A stretch of 64,000 nucleotides of DNA. Origin: Lama guanicoe (Eukaryota). Below the pieces are notes generated by a model. It saw only the letters and a list, made by a program, of their open reading frames with translations, did not search any database and was not told the DNA's origin. A program made the translations under genes and the position numbers. The stretch's first letter is position 1. The number at the start of each line of letters is the position of its first letter. Shown here in pieces: positions 49,470 to 62,220 of this stretch. The DNA lies in assembly GCA_013239625.1 (NCBI GenBank), contig MU053376.1, forward strand, positions 2,344,507 through 2,408,506. Reading direction: 5' to 3'.

Positions 49470-49790
49470 TCTTATTTATTTATTTATTTTATTGAAGTAT
49501 AATCAGTTTACAATGTTGTATCAATTTCCAGTATAGAGCACAATTTTTCAGTCATACATGAATATACATATATTCATTTTCACATTCTTTTTCACCGTGA
49601 GCTACCACAGGATCTTGTACATATTTCCCTGTGCTATACAGTATAAACTTGTTTATCTAGTCTATATGTACCTGTCAGTATCCACAAATTTCAGACTCCC
49701 AGTCTGTCCCTTCCCACCCCCCTCCCACCTGGCGACCACAAGTTTGTATTCTATGGCTATGAGTCTGTTTCTGTTTTATATTAGATATGT
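49470..49790 (-). mobile_element. L1 3'-end fragment (second fragment at about 50150-50330), within a MER96-like hAT remnant ending at about 50390
   Basis: (ttta)n tail, attgaagtataatcagtttacaatg. Flank ttaaattttgtgcc...cctcaccctaatcccagccc. Confidence 0.75.
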
Positions 49791-50584
49791 TATTTATGTC
49801 TCAGACAGAATTTATCATCATTTTGCTTTCCTATTTTTAAGGGGAGAAAACTCCTAATTTTTTATCATACATTTCTGGGAAAAATTAATCACTAAAGATA
49901 CATAAAAACATAGATATGGATAAAGATACACAGACAGATAAGCACAGATATAGGTGGATAGACAGACAGACAGAGAGATAGGAGCCCTCATTTTCCCTTT
50001 GATCTTGGCTCAGCATGGCATTTTCAGATTCTGTCTTTAAATGATGGCCACTTTGTTCGTCATGGATTTTCCCATTAATTTTGATATCACATTAAAATAT
50101 TATTTAACTTGATTACTGAGACTTTTTCCCCTTAAATATTTATTTATTCATTTTTTAATTTTTTTTACTGACACATAGTCAGTTTACAATGTGTCAATTT
50201 CTGATGTACAGCATAATATTTCACTTATACACATACATACATATATTCGTTTTCATATTCTTTTTCATTATAGGTTACTGCAAGATATTGAATATAGTTC
50301 CCTGTGCTCTACAGTAGAAACTTGTTTTTTCCTCCTTAAATTTTGTGCCTAAAGAGAGTGCTTCACTCCCCTCACCCTAATCCCAGCCCATCATTACTTT
50401 TATCTTAAAACTCAGCAGACACTATAAAGTGCCCTCTTACGGAGCAAGCCTCACCCAAGAAGAAATGGGTTCCCTCCCACCTTTCTCCTCTTTCTTTTAG
50501 GATCACTTACTTGATGGCCTGAGTGACAGGTGTAGGAAACAGCTTACTCATGGATTCATGCCAGGTGTACCTGACTACAGTCCT

Positions 50585-50600
50585 CCTGCAGAGGGCGCTG
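50585..50600 (+). promoter_or_regulatory. CTCF-like motif (forward)
   Basis: CCTGCAGAGGGCGCTG, one mismatch to the core. Confidence 0.45.
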
Positions 50601-50809
50601 AGGAGTCCACACACCTCAGGAGGGAGGAGAAGTGCTGGGTGGAAATAGGCTGATTGCCCATCAGAACTTGCCTTTCCCTGGCAATAGGGTGCTATGATAT
50701 CACTGACTTTCTATTTGCCTTTGGGGCTGAAATAAATCTGTTATCCTCAAATAACTGATCTGATGTCAGATAAATGCCAAATAGAGCTAAGCTCTTCTGC
50801 CCTGGGGGT

Positions 50810-50917
50810 GGCCATAAAATCCAGACAGTTTCCTCCAAGTGTTTTTGCTGGCTCAGCAACAACGTCTATGAGGTTGCTTTCCCTCAGTTCCCCTGTGGGT
50901 CTGCGGGGACCAGAAGG
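50810..50917 (+). promoter_or_regulatory. Candidate proximal IL20 promoter and 5' non-coding exon
   Basis: CATAAAA at 50813-50819 and donor AGG|gtgagc at 50917/50918, upstream of the 51339 acceptor. Confidence 0.5.
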
Positions 50918-51368
50918 GTGAGCTCCACAGGCATTCTGGAGGGGAAGACTATATACGTCAATCTGCCAAAACAAGTTTTGACATTTCCCCTGAAATGTCA
51001 TCCTCTGTCTACTCATGGCAAGTGCCTACTGCTCCAGGCCTTACTTGTTGGGCAATGATGATGGGGCTAGGATGGGGACAGGATAAAGCAGCCAGGACCT
51101 GCAGCACCAACTCATACTCAGAACCCTGAACGAGCACTCGAAGGCTTCTCTTCCAGGAGGTGCAGCAGTTTTTCTTAGTAAGTTAGATGAATAGGCCAGA
51201 CCATTCAAAGTCAGAAAAAGCAATTAAGTTTCACCAGGGACGCTGAGGGTGGGGAGGCATGTCCCCAGTGACTGGATTGGCTTCTTAAGGCATGAGATGG
51301 AGAAATCAGTAAGTCATGCTCTTTCCTTTGAATTCCTAGCTCTTGTGGTCTCCAGATTCTGGCACAAG

Positions 51369-51527
51369 ATGAGAGGCTCTGGTCTTCCCCTCTGCCTTCT
51401 CTCTGCTGTGTTTTATCTGTCCTGGACACCTTCTGCCGGTCTAAAGACACTCCATTTGGGAAGCTGTGTGATCACCACAAACCTTCAGGGAATTCGAAGT
51501 GGATTTGCGGAGATACAGAGCAGTGTG
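51369..51527 (+). CDS. IL20: IL20 coding exon 1 (53 codons)
   Basis: aagATGaga start; ends GTG|gtatgt. Likely acceptor ttcctttgaattcctag| at 51339. Confidence 0.95.
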
Positions 51528-54044
51528 GTATGTAAGGGAGGCACCCCACCCTTCTCTTGGTGACCATGTCACCTCTCCCCTTCTCTGTTTGTCTTTCTTT
51601 GTCTGCCAGCAGTATGATCACAAAAAAGACAAGCTGGGGACCCCTTATTAGGAGGATGCATTCCCAGGAAGTATCTGTAGTTCATAACTTAAAGGTGTTT
51701 TGGAGAGGGACATTGCCCATGGGACCATGTCAGGGAGGGGATGAGCGGTCTTAAAGTCTAAGACCTTGGCAGCAGTCACTGACCTGGACTTTCTTGACTT
51801 GCCTTGCCTCCTTCTGTTTAGCAAACCAAAGATGAAATCCTTGACATCAGAATCTTGAAGAAGACTCACTCTTTGCAAGACACAACGGTATGTGCTTGGT
51901 CTGTATGAGTTCTGGGAGGAAATAAGAATTGGGGGCATCTCCATCACCCTTGTCCCTGGGCACTCTTCCCCCACCAACATACTCGTCTGCTTTGTAGCCT
52001 GCATATCAGTGCTGCCTCCTCCGCCACATACTGAGACTCTACCTGGACAGGGTGTTCAAAAACTACCAGACCCCTGACCACCATGTCCTCCGGAAGATCA
52101 GCAGTCTCGCCAACTCGTTTCTTGCCATCAAGAAGGACCTCCGGCTCTGTGTGAGTAAGAGTCTTGGGTAGAAGGATCCGTTTCAGCACATAGCTTTGAT
52201 GACTTAGCAATCACGTTCTTTCTTACCCCCATTTAACAAATGGAAAAACTGAGTCAACAGTTCTAATAACCTGTGTTGAGCCATGTAACTAGGTAATAAG
52301 AACTCGGTTATACTGACTTTTGGATATATGCTCCATGCAAAATGTCTAAAGAACTCTAAAGCGCTAGCTATTTGATGTTGCTGATAATTGTCTATTATCC
52401 ACGAAATTGTACTTTTTCTGTAGGTGAGTTATCCTACGGTATACTGGTGCATCCTGTGTCCAGAGAGCCAATCAGCAAACCACTAGACTCAATCTCAAGC
52501 TAGGGTCAACATAAGATCTGTCCAATTCTCTCTTCCCATGGAGGATCTCTGGGAGGGAGTCAGAGAGAGCTGGGGTGAGGAGTACAAGCCAGGTGGGATC
52601 CAGTGATCACAGACTCCTTCATTGCCACCTGTTTCTGAAAAGAAGCAAGGTGCTCCTATTTGAGCCTAAAAAGCTGGCTTCCTTTTCCAGCTGATGACGA
52701 GTTTAGCAATTCCCAGTGATGAGTCTGAAAAGACTTTTCTGTGGGTGGAAGAATCGGACTTCTTTCAATGGCAAAGGCTGAAAATCAGACTCTTTAACAA
52801 AATCTGTCATTCTTTGGTATTCTTTTCAGCATGCGCATATGTCATGCCCTTGTGGAGAGGAAGCAATGGAAAAATACAGCCAGATTCTGAGTCACTTCGA
52901 AGAGGTATATGTCATTTTGGCCTTGGTTGGGATGAATGTGTTCTTAGAACTGAGATCATAGGTGGATGGGATGGGTACTCATACTCAAAAAAATCCTATA
53001 GCCTTCAGGCTAATGGCTCTGTATGGTCATATGGACTATCTACCTTTCTGCTTTAACCCGGGGATACCCAGTCAGGCTCTAGAAGGGTGCTGTCTCCAGA
53101 AGATGCTCTGGGAATCAAGGAGGAATAGCCATGATTCCCTCAAGTCACTCCAGAGACATCTGGATCTTCCAGCTACACAAATGAGAGGCAATAGTTTTCT
53201 GCCGTTCACACACTTATACTCACCCTCAAAAACAGTCACTCACAATTTCACACATGCCCATGCCATGCTGTTTCTCACCTCAATGCATTTGCACATCTGC
53301 CAGGAAAGCCAGAGTCCACTCCTCACTCACTAATTCCTCTCATCCTCCGGGCCAGCTGAGGCATCACCTCCTGGAAGGTACTGGCTGTATCTCTCAGAGT
53401 TAGGTGTCTCCCTGCCATCCTGTGCGGACTCCACCATCTATCTACCTCACTACATTTTCATTGCCTGCTTCTGTCTGTCTCCCTCACTCGACTGTGAATT
53501 TCCCGTGGGTCGTGACTGTGCCATTCATCCCTGAATCCCCAGGCAGCCCAATGCTCAGCACGATAAACATTTGTTCCAACTGAAGTATGCACAATAGGCA
53601 ACCCCTAGACACACACATCCACGCACACACACTCACACAGACACACGTCTTTATTTAAAAAAAAAAACAGCCTAATTACTTTAATCTCTGTGATTCAAGA
53701 GGCTTGGGTTGTGGTCCCAATTCTGCTACCCACCCTGGTCTTCTTTAGTTTCCCCGTGTAGGACTAGGGTGACGGACTCAGTGATTCTCCTTCCTTTTGT
53801 GAGATCTTGAGGTTCCATAATGTCTTTCAAGCTCTTCATCTTAAAAAAAAAAAAAAAAGCCCTGCTTACTATCCCCAGCAGTCCTACCAGTGGAAGGAGA
53901 GGATTACTGCTGGAGGATGTGCTGTCTCTCTATGACCTGCTCACCACTGCACCTTGTGTCTTCCAGCTTCAGCCTCAGGCAGCGGTGGTGAAGGCTCTGG
54001 GGGAGCTGGACATTCTCCTGCGATGGATAGAGGCGATTGACTAG
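51369..54044 (+). CDS. IL20: Interleukin-20 precursor, 176 aa; join(51369..51527,51822..51887,51998..52150,52830..52904,53967..54044)
   Basis: Manual splicing gives [176 protein letters not shown]. Signal peptide ends SAG|LKTL, six mature-chain Cys, KALGELDIL motif. Confidence 0.97.
51822..51887 (+). CDS. IL20: IL20 coding exon 2
   Basis: cttctgtttag|CAA ... ACG|gtatgt; 66 nt. Confidence 0.95.
51998..52150 (+). CDS. IL20: IL20 coding exon 3
   Basis: ctgctttgtag|CCT ... TGT|gtgagt; 153 nt. Confidence 0.96.
52830..52904 (+). CDS. IL20: IL20 coding exon 4
   Basis: tcttttcag|CAT ... GAG|gtatat; 75 nt. Confidence 0.95.
53967..54044 (+). CDS. IL20: IL20 coding exon 5
   Basis: gtcttccag|CTT ... 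GAC TAG; end of ORF 53820..54044. Confidence 0.95.
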   Translation, partial: LQPQAAVVKALGELDILLRWIEAID

Positions 54045-54149
54045 GAGGACAGTGATGCTGCTGCTGAGAGGGCTCCGGGCCAAGACCCCCGGTCCTCAGG
54101 AGGCAGGGCCCCTAACCTCCATCCCTTCGTTACAGAATTCAGTGCTGGC

Positions 54150-54680
54150 CACCGTGTATATTATTTATACATTATTTGTTCCCTTATTGTGGTTATCTTT
54201 ATATGTTCCTGCTCTTAATCTAGACCACAGCCTTCTAAGATTTTAGTAACATCTTTTCTACTGTTGGGTATATTTATTAGTTAATTTTTTATTTATTTTT
54301 ACTATTTAACTTATTTATTTTTGTATTTGAAGAGAAGACTTTTGAAAGCAATTCATGGATTATATTTAAACCCTGACTAGAATAGGTATGAAAACAGGTT
54401 TTCATATAGTGAACAAACCCTCTAAATCTGGGGGAGTGGTGGGGCGAGGCTATACATTTTTATTAAATTAAGGACATGCTTCCTGACTGCCTAGGCTCTC
54501 TGAGATATTTAAAACTGAGCCAATGACTCTGAAGTGTGGGTTGTGGAAGAAATTCTGAAGTGAAATCACAGGCTTGTTTTAAAATTACTGACCAACCCCA
54601 ATCCACTCCCCAACCCTATACTTGTGTTATTTTTCAGCTGTGGAATCCTGTGTGGCCAAAAATGTAATTTTACAAATAAA
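54150..54680 (+). promoter_or_regulatory. IL20 3'UTR AU-rich elements and poly(A) signal
   Basis: About seven ATTTA pentamers, including TTATTTATT nonamers (about 54289 and 54311). ATTAAA at 54462 and AATAAA at 54675-54680. Confidence 0.75.
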
Positions 54681-56389
54681 GGTTTGGTTTTTTTTTGCAC
54701 AATATCTGCTTGGAGTTTGAAAATGCTTGAGGAGCAGAAGCAATGATGGGGATGAACTTGAACCTCGTATTACCTGGGGGCCTCTTGCTCCTTTGGGGAA
54801 GGAAGATGCAAGCGGGAACCTGGGCCTCCTGTCCTCTGCCAGATGCGTTCCCAGCTCCACCTCCTCATGCACTCACAGCTCTGGTCCCACGGCTCTGCTC
54901 TCCACATACAAGGCCTGTGACCAGCTGAGGGGCATCGGCCCTGCCTGCTCCAGCCTCACTGGCATGAGCACCGTCCCCGCTGCAGGCTGTTTTCTTTCTT
55001 ATTTCAAACTCTCATCCTTTTGTGTCAGAGGCCTTGATTGCAACACAAATGACAAAGGGCTGCACAAAGAGGAGGTTCTATGTTAAGGGTTAAGAACACA
55101 CAGGTGCAAAGGCCCTGAGCCTTGCCTGAGTTGGGGCATGAGCCCTCTTTCGAGGCCCTCCCATTTTGGATTCTGGCCAACTCCCATGTCTAGGTTGTTC
55201 TTGGATCAAGTCTTTGTGTTTAGGACCAACTGTGAAATCAGTGTTCTCTTTCCAGGCTCTTTTCATGCCAAGCTTCCCTGGGCTCTAAGGAGCCAGAATT
55301 CTGGCCTGGGCTGCTTGCCTCCTTCCTCTCCATCTCGCTTGAGTTTAGTTTTCTCAGTTTCAGGAAGAGCAGACCGATGCTCCCACAGTGAGCTGTCCTT
55401 GCTGCTTCCAGTTTGTGCTCCCAGTCCTCACCCTCGGCCCCGATGGAGTTCAAATCACTTAGATTTCTCTTTTCACATTATTCAGTAACAACTGCCTGAT
55501 AGAGAAAATTTCAAAAATACAAAGAAATATAAAGAACAAAATCAGAATCACTCATAATCTGATCACCCACAGACAACCACTCTGAAATATTTAGGTGTAT
55601 TCTTTCCAGATTTTTTTTTGATTCAAATCACAATTCAACTCTTATTATCTGAGTGATCTGGGCTGTAAAACTTAACGTACTTGGAATTTAATTTCTTCCT
55701 CTGAGAAAACAAGATAATGACATCTATGTCCAGGGTGATGGAAGAGATGGTCTTCCATGTTCCTTGAAACAAGGCATTTTCTGCTCTCATATGCCACATT
55801 ATTATCACTCTTCTTCTATCAGATCTTCCCATTGCATATATCCTGGTTTCCTCTGACCAGTCTGACAAACAACTCAGCTTTGATTCTCAAGGAATAGTTG
55901 AGAAGCCAACTTCACTGAACTCGGTGTTAAGATTAGAACCAATATGTCCAAGAGACACTGGGTGGCAAAGAGGAGGCAGGTCTTCCCTGCCAAGTGTGTC
56001 TTTCAGATGGACATGTCTCAGGTTGACCCACAGACCTGAGGGTGAAACTCATCTATTTGCTTCCTAGGAAGAATTTCTAGCTCTTCTGAAAGCCTTGGCC
56101 ATGGGAAGCCTTGGTTTTTTGGAACTCCACATTCCCATGTAATCACTGACTTGTTACCTCTTTGTCTGTCTATTCCTCTCCCCTACAGGACCCATCTTCC
56201 CCTCCAAGTCATCTGTCTCATCTCTGCTTGTCCTACCATAGCACCAATAATGGGGAATCTAGCAGTGGAGTGTCAGGCCAGTATGGGGACTAAGGCAAAA
56301 CTTCATGGAAGTGGGCCCCTTGAGGGACAGACTCTAAAGAATGATTTACAGTCGTCACTTCCAATTCCAATTATTCAAAGGATTGTTGT

Positions 56390-57020
56390 CATTTACTATG
56401 TACTTGTCACATGCCAGGCACCGTCCTGGGAACTTCACATACACTATGTTATTTAATCCTTAAAACAACCCCATGAGGTAGATAGCATTATTACCAGTTT
56501 GCAAGTGAAAATGTGCTCAGAGATAGTAAGTAATTTGTGCAAGGGCAGAACCAAGAGTTGAATTTAGACACACTGATACCACAGCCCTATATGCTTCCCC
56601 TGCCTGCTGTCTTCTTTCCCAGCTGTGACATCCCGTGTTCAGAAGCACAGAGAGAAAGAATAGTGAGTTTGGGCTTCGTAGAGACATGAGTGAATATTCT
56701 GACTCTGATGCTCACGACCTTGGACAAATGACGTAACCATCCTTAGTTTCTTCACCTGCAAAGTAGGGACCCTACCACTTACCACGTTGGGCTGATGCGA
56801 AGACTGAACGGGATGGTCACAGCTAACGTGTACAAGCACGTATTAAGTATCAGTGTGTTGGAAGTGTCCGTTCATTTAATTTGCACAAGAGCATGATGAA
56901 ATAGGCATCATTGTCATTCCTATCTCACAGATGAGGAAACTGAAGGCTAGAAAGCCAAAGTATCTTGTTCAAGTTCACACAGCTAACAGTGGTGACAGTA
57001 AAATATGAACAGAGTAGGCA
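56390..57020. mobile_element. Cluster of MIR SINE remnants (others at about 18370, 19500, 22100, 27750, 34000, 36970, 37880, 43950)
   Basis: MIR core motifs acagatgaggaaactgagg / cctcagtttcctcatctgtaaaatgg. Confidence 0.65.
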
Positions 57021-57410
57021 GCCTGGAGAATCACGCATTTAACCTCTTCATCTTGCTGGCTGGTTGGGTTGCCCAGTACACAGAGAGCACTTGATCAGCA
57101 GAGGTTACAGCAGGGGGTTCTGTCTAAAAAGGAAAGTGATGAGGCTTTCTGCCAAACTGTAGCACTAACTATTAATTTCCTTGTGCAACTTACCTCTATG
57201 ACATCTGTATGGAACTTAATTATTTCCATGGGTTGAAACCTTGTCTCCTCTGCGAGCAGAACAAGTTCCTTTGAAGGGAACAGGATAAACACGCTAAATC
57301 TCAGGTCAACCTATTAGTTCTGGTTACTCTTAGCTCTTTGATCTTGGATAAGAATCTTAGACCACTCTGTTTCTCCAGGTCTCGGTTTCTGCTGAGAGAC
57401 TGAATATATA

Positions 57411-57912
57411 AGTGGACTAGATCATGCATAAAAACAGAACTCTGATCCACCATCTGCAACAAAAAGCTAAGGAAACCAGCCCATGATTTGCATGATCAGT
57501 CTGCTGTCTGTAAGCCAGACTTGTATAAAGTCAGACCACTGTCTCTAGGAACCTGCCCAGGAAGCCAAGACAGCCAATGGCCAAGACTTGATTAAAAACC
57601 GAGAGCTTCCCTAAATTTGGTCCCCCAATTCCAACCTAGCATGAACCAGAAAAAAAACAAACAATGCACCCCTAACCAATCACATAAGATGCCCTGCTTC
57701 TAGCTAGTCCACTGGCAGCTTCCCCATGCCAACAGCCTCCCATCAAGGCCTGCCTGAAGGCTTCCTTGGTTTCTCTTGTAAAGCTTTCCCACTCCTGCAG
57801 GCCTTTGAGTCTCTGCCAGAACATGTGATGGTGGCTGACTCCCTAGCTGCAAAAAGCTGTGAATAAACAGCCTCTGCCTGTCCCTGTTGGATTGGTTTTC
57901 ATCTAGTCCACG
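57411..57912 (+). mobile_element. Solo ERV1-type LTR
   Basis: Perfect 11-bp terminal inverted repeat GTGGACTAGAT (57412-57422) and ATCTAGTCCAC (57901-57911), CCAAT boxes, AATAAA at about 57862. Confidence 0.75.
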
Positions 57913-58424
57913 TTGCATTTGTAAAATGAAAGAGTTGGAGCAGATGATTCTGAATTCTAGAAACTGAATATACTACCACTGTGTGGGGGAGTCAGATGTA
58001 GCCACTGCTGCCTTCCATTACCCGAAGGGGTTTGCATGGTTCCTGTATCACCAGCTTTGGATTCAGAATTTGAGGTGAGGACATCCAATTGGAAAGACTT
58101 AGGTGATGCCCTGGATGTCAGGGAGGCTGGACAAGCCTTCCCTCTGGTGGGAGGTGGGCTCCTTCTCAGAAGGAAGAGCATCTCTCAAATATAGGAATAA
58201 GATCCAGATACAGGGAGACTCAAAAGAACTTTTAAAATCTGCTATACTTCGCATGCTTACCATGCCTTGGAATTGCCCAGTTTCCTACTTTCCAAGATTC
58301 AGAACTTCTCCAACATAGTCCAGTGTAATTCTGTCTGCCTGTTCCTCTCCCATACGAATGGAGAGCAGGTGGACCATTCCCCTGCTGGATTCAAGTTCCT
58401 GCAGGACAGGACTGTGTCTTTTCA

Positions 58425-58662
58425 GTTTTTTTTTTTAAATCTGAATTCTTTTTTATTGAAGAATAGTCAGTTTACAATGTTGTGTCACTTTCTGATGTAC
58501 AGCATAATATTTCAGTCATACATGAACATACATATATTCATTTTCACATTCCTTTTCATTATAGGTTACTACAAGATATTGAGTATTGTTTCCTGTACCG
58601 TATAGTATAAACTTGTTTGTTTTATACATAGTAGTTTGCAGTTGCAAATCTTGAACTCCCAA
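58425..58662 (-). mobile_element. L1 3'-end fragment
   Basis: ttttattgaagaatagtcagtttacaatg...gcaaatcttgaactccc. Confidence 0.8.
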
Positions 58663-59269
58663 TTCAGTTTTTTAGTCTACATTATCTCAGCACAGTATAA
58701 CATTACATTATTGATAAGGACTGAATTCAAAAGCAGGAAAATGGAATGCGTTTAAAATGAAAACAAAAAAACCCAAAGTTTCTTTTTCTACAAATGTGGC
58801 CCTCAGCTAATTTTTTCGTGAATTAAAGACTTCAGCCTTTGCCCTGCAGGCTGGGTCTTGCCAACAGGAGGCAGCAGAACAACTGGTGAAAGAATGAACC
58901 AGTTGGGCCACTCCCCTATTTCCCTGGACAGTTGGGAGGAGAATAAGTGACACTCTCTGGTTCAACCCAACTGTCATGGGCACAATGAGTCAGTCGCATA
59001 ACGGGAAGAGGGTAGGACCCAGAGGCCCGGAGGCAGGAAGCTGTGAAGCTGTGGATTACAACCAGAGTGCTAATACCTTTCAGAGTACATCCTTTGTCTC
59101 ACTGAATGTTAGAGTTCAGGGAGGATTTACAGATCACTTTTCGGGTAACTGGGCTTCAAAGAGCAAAAGGGACTTGTCAAAGTTTCCACAGTGATTTATG
59201 GTAGAGTAGATATTGAAACTCAGGTCCTTGTACTTCCAGGACTACTACATCTCAATTCAATTCAAGAAG

Positions 59270-60091
59270 AAATAAGTCACCCAGGTTGGAAATGAAGAAG
59301 TAAAACAGTCTTTATTCAGAGATGACATGCCAGTCTAGGTAGTTCTAGACAATGGAATTTACAAAAAGCTACTAAAACTAATATAAAGGTTTATTTGCAG
59401 AATGCAAGATCAATATACAAAGATCGATTGTATTTCCATATACCAGCAACACACAATTGGAACTTGAAATTTAAAAAAAAATACTATTTACAATAGCATC
59501 AAAAGATTTTGAAATCCTTGGGGATAAATCAAAAACAAAAGATGTAAAAGATCTCTTCACTGAAAACTGCAAACCATTGCTGAGAGAATTGAAAGATAAT
59601 CTAAATAATAGAGAGATATACCATATTCATTGGTCAGAAGCCTCAATATTATTAAAGCTGTTGATTACTCCCTTCCCCAAAACTGATCTAAAAATTCAAT
59701 GCAATTACAATAAAAATATCAGCAGCCTTGTTAAAGGTAGAAATTGACAAATTCACTTTAAAACTCTTACTAAAATTCAACAGATTCTAAAATAGACAAA
59801 ATAACTTTGAAAAGAACAAAATTGGAGGATTAATATTATTTGATTTCAAGACATATAAAGCTATGACAATCAAGACAGTGTGGTACAGCTGTAAAAACAG
59901 ACAAATAGATCAATGAGTCAGAATGGAAAGTCCAGAAAAAGACCCACACATCAAGGGACAATTGATTTTCAACAACAGTACAAAGTTAATCAGTGGAGAA
60001 AGAATAACATTTTCAAGAAATGGTGCTAAAATCATTGGATATTGTATAGAAAAGAATGAACTTGGATCTATACATACAAGTTATGTGTGTA

Positions 60092-60128
<37 letters not shown>

Positions 60129-61045
60129 GTTAACTCAAAATGGATTATTGATCTAAATGTACAGTCTACAACTATAAAACTTCTCAAAGAAAACCTGAGA
60201 AAAATCCTTTGTGACTCTGGATTAGCCAAAGATTTCTTAGATCCAACACCAAAAGCAGAATCCATTAAAAAAAAAAAGCAAGTTGATAAGTTGAACTTCA
60301 TTAAAGTTAAACACTTCTGCTCTTTAAAAGACAAATAAGAAAATGAAGACCGCTGATAATCTGGGAGTAAGTATTTGCAGATCCTGGATATAATTTGGGG
60401 TGTGTGTCCAGAAAATAAAAAGAATACTCAAAACTCAATTATCAGAAAACAATCCAATAAAAAATGAGCAAGAGATTTGAACAGACACCAAAGAAGATAA
60501 ACACATGGGAGAAAAGAAGCACGTAAGAAGACGCTCAACCTCATTTGCCTTTAAGTGATGCAAATTAAAACCACAGTGAGATACCATGTGATGCCTATTA
60601 GAATGGCTAAAAATAAAAACATTGACAATACCAGGTGCTGGTGGAAGATGTGGAGGAACTGAAACTCATATACTGCTGGTGGGAATGTGAAATCATGCAA
60701 TCACTTTGAAAACAGTTTGTCAGTTTCTTAAAAAGTTAAACAAACAGCTGTCATGTGACCCAGCCATTTCAATCCTAGGTATTTAACCAAGAGGAAAAAA
60801 ACATACGTTCATGCAAAGCCTTGTACATGAATGCTCATGGGAGCTTTATTTTTAATAGCCCCGCCTTTGAAACAACCTACATGTCTACCAACAAATGAAT
60901 GGTTAAATTGTGATGAATATGTTCATTATTTTGATGGCGGTGATGGTTTTCCAGATGCATAAATATGCCAAAGCTTATCAAATTGCACGTTTTAAATATG
61001 TGCAGTTTCTTGCATGCCAATTACATACCAGTAAAACTCTTTTAA
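59270..61045 (+). mobile_element. Old L1 ORF2/3'UTR fragment containing a (TG)n(TA)n microsatellite at about 60083-60128
   Basis: ORFs 59923..60156 and 60087..60338 translate to decayed L1 ORF2 (NSKWIIDLNV..TIKLLKEN). Confidence 0.9.
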
Positions 61046-61377
61046 CATAATTCAATTCAAGGTAATTTCTCTTTCTAGGCATTGTGGAGGTTGGAGGCAT
61101 ATAAAGAGAGTGAGGCTGATAGGAAAAGTCATTGCCAGCAATACAAACTCAATGTGATTAAGGAAAGATATCCATGTGGAGAGGCGAGGGAAGGCTTTCT
61201 GAAGGAGAGATCCTTGGATTAGACCTTGAAGGATGAGCAAGGATTTCAGTGAGTGGCATAAAAAGACAAAGGACCTTGAAGTCCTCATACCCCAGGGAAG
61301 TGGTTCCATCTTGGGCTAATATCAATATTCCCCATCAGACCTATAGCATATGGCAATTCAAAGCACGTTTATTTAAA

Positions 61378-62220
61378 AGGCTCAATATTGCTAATTATCA
61401 GAGAAATGCAAATCAAAACTACAATGAGGTATCACCTCACACCAGTCAGAATGGCCATCATTAAAAAGCCCACAAATGACAAATGCTGTGGAGAAAAGAG
61501 AACCATCCTACATTGTTGATGGGAATGTAGTTTGGTGCAGCCATTATGGAGAACAGTATAAAGATTCCTTAAAAAACTAAAAATAGACTTACCCTACGAT
61601 CCAACAATCCCGCTCCTGGGCATATATCGGGAGGAAGATGCTTGCACCCCAGTGTTCATAGCAGCACTATTTACAATAGCCGAGACATGGAAATAACTTA
61701 AATGTCCATCTACAGATGACTGGATAAAGAAGTTGTGGTGTATGTATACAATGGAATACTACTCAGCCACAAAAAATAATAAAATAATACCATTTGCAGC
61801 AACATGGATGAACCTGGAGATCGTCATTCTAAGTAAGGTAAGCCAGAAAGAGAAAGAAAAATACCATATGCGATCGCTTATATGTGGAATGTGAAAAAAT
61901 GACACAAATGGACTTATTTACAAAACAGAACAAACTCACAGACATAGAAAACAAACCTTTTGGTTACCAGGGGGGAATGGTGGTGGGAAGGGACAAATTG
62001 AGAGTTCGAGATATGCAGATACTAACTACTATATACAACACAGATAAACAGCAAAGAGCTACCATATAGCACAGGGAACAATATTCAATATCTTGTAGTA
62101 ACCTATAAGGAAAAATAATATGAAAAGGAATATATGTATGTATATGTATAACTGAATCACTGTGCTGTACACCAGAAATTGACACAACATTGTAAACCAA
62201 CTATAGTTTAATAAAAAAAT
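61378..62220 (+). mobile_element. 5'-truncated L1 (ORF2 end plus 3'UTR)
   Basis: gaaatgcaaatcaaaactacaatgaggtatcacctcacaccagtcagaatggcc...aataaaaaaa. Confidence 0.9.

Noticed and set aside
51528..51537. Alternative donor GTAAGG 4 nt into IL20 intron 1
   Set aside because: Would frameshift the gene. The GTG|GTATGT donor gives the homologous frame.
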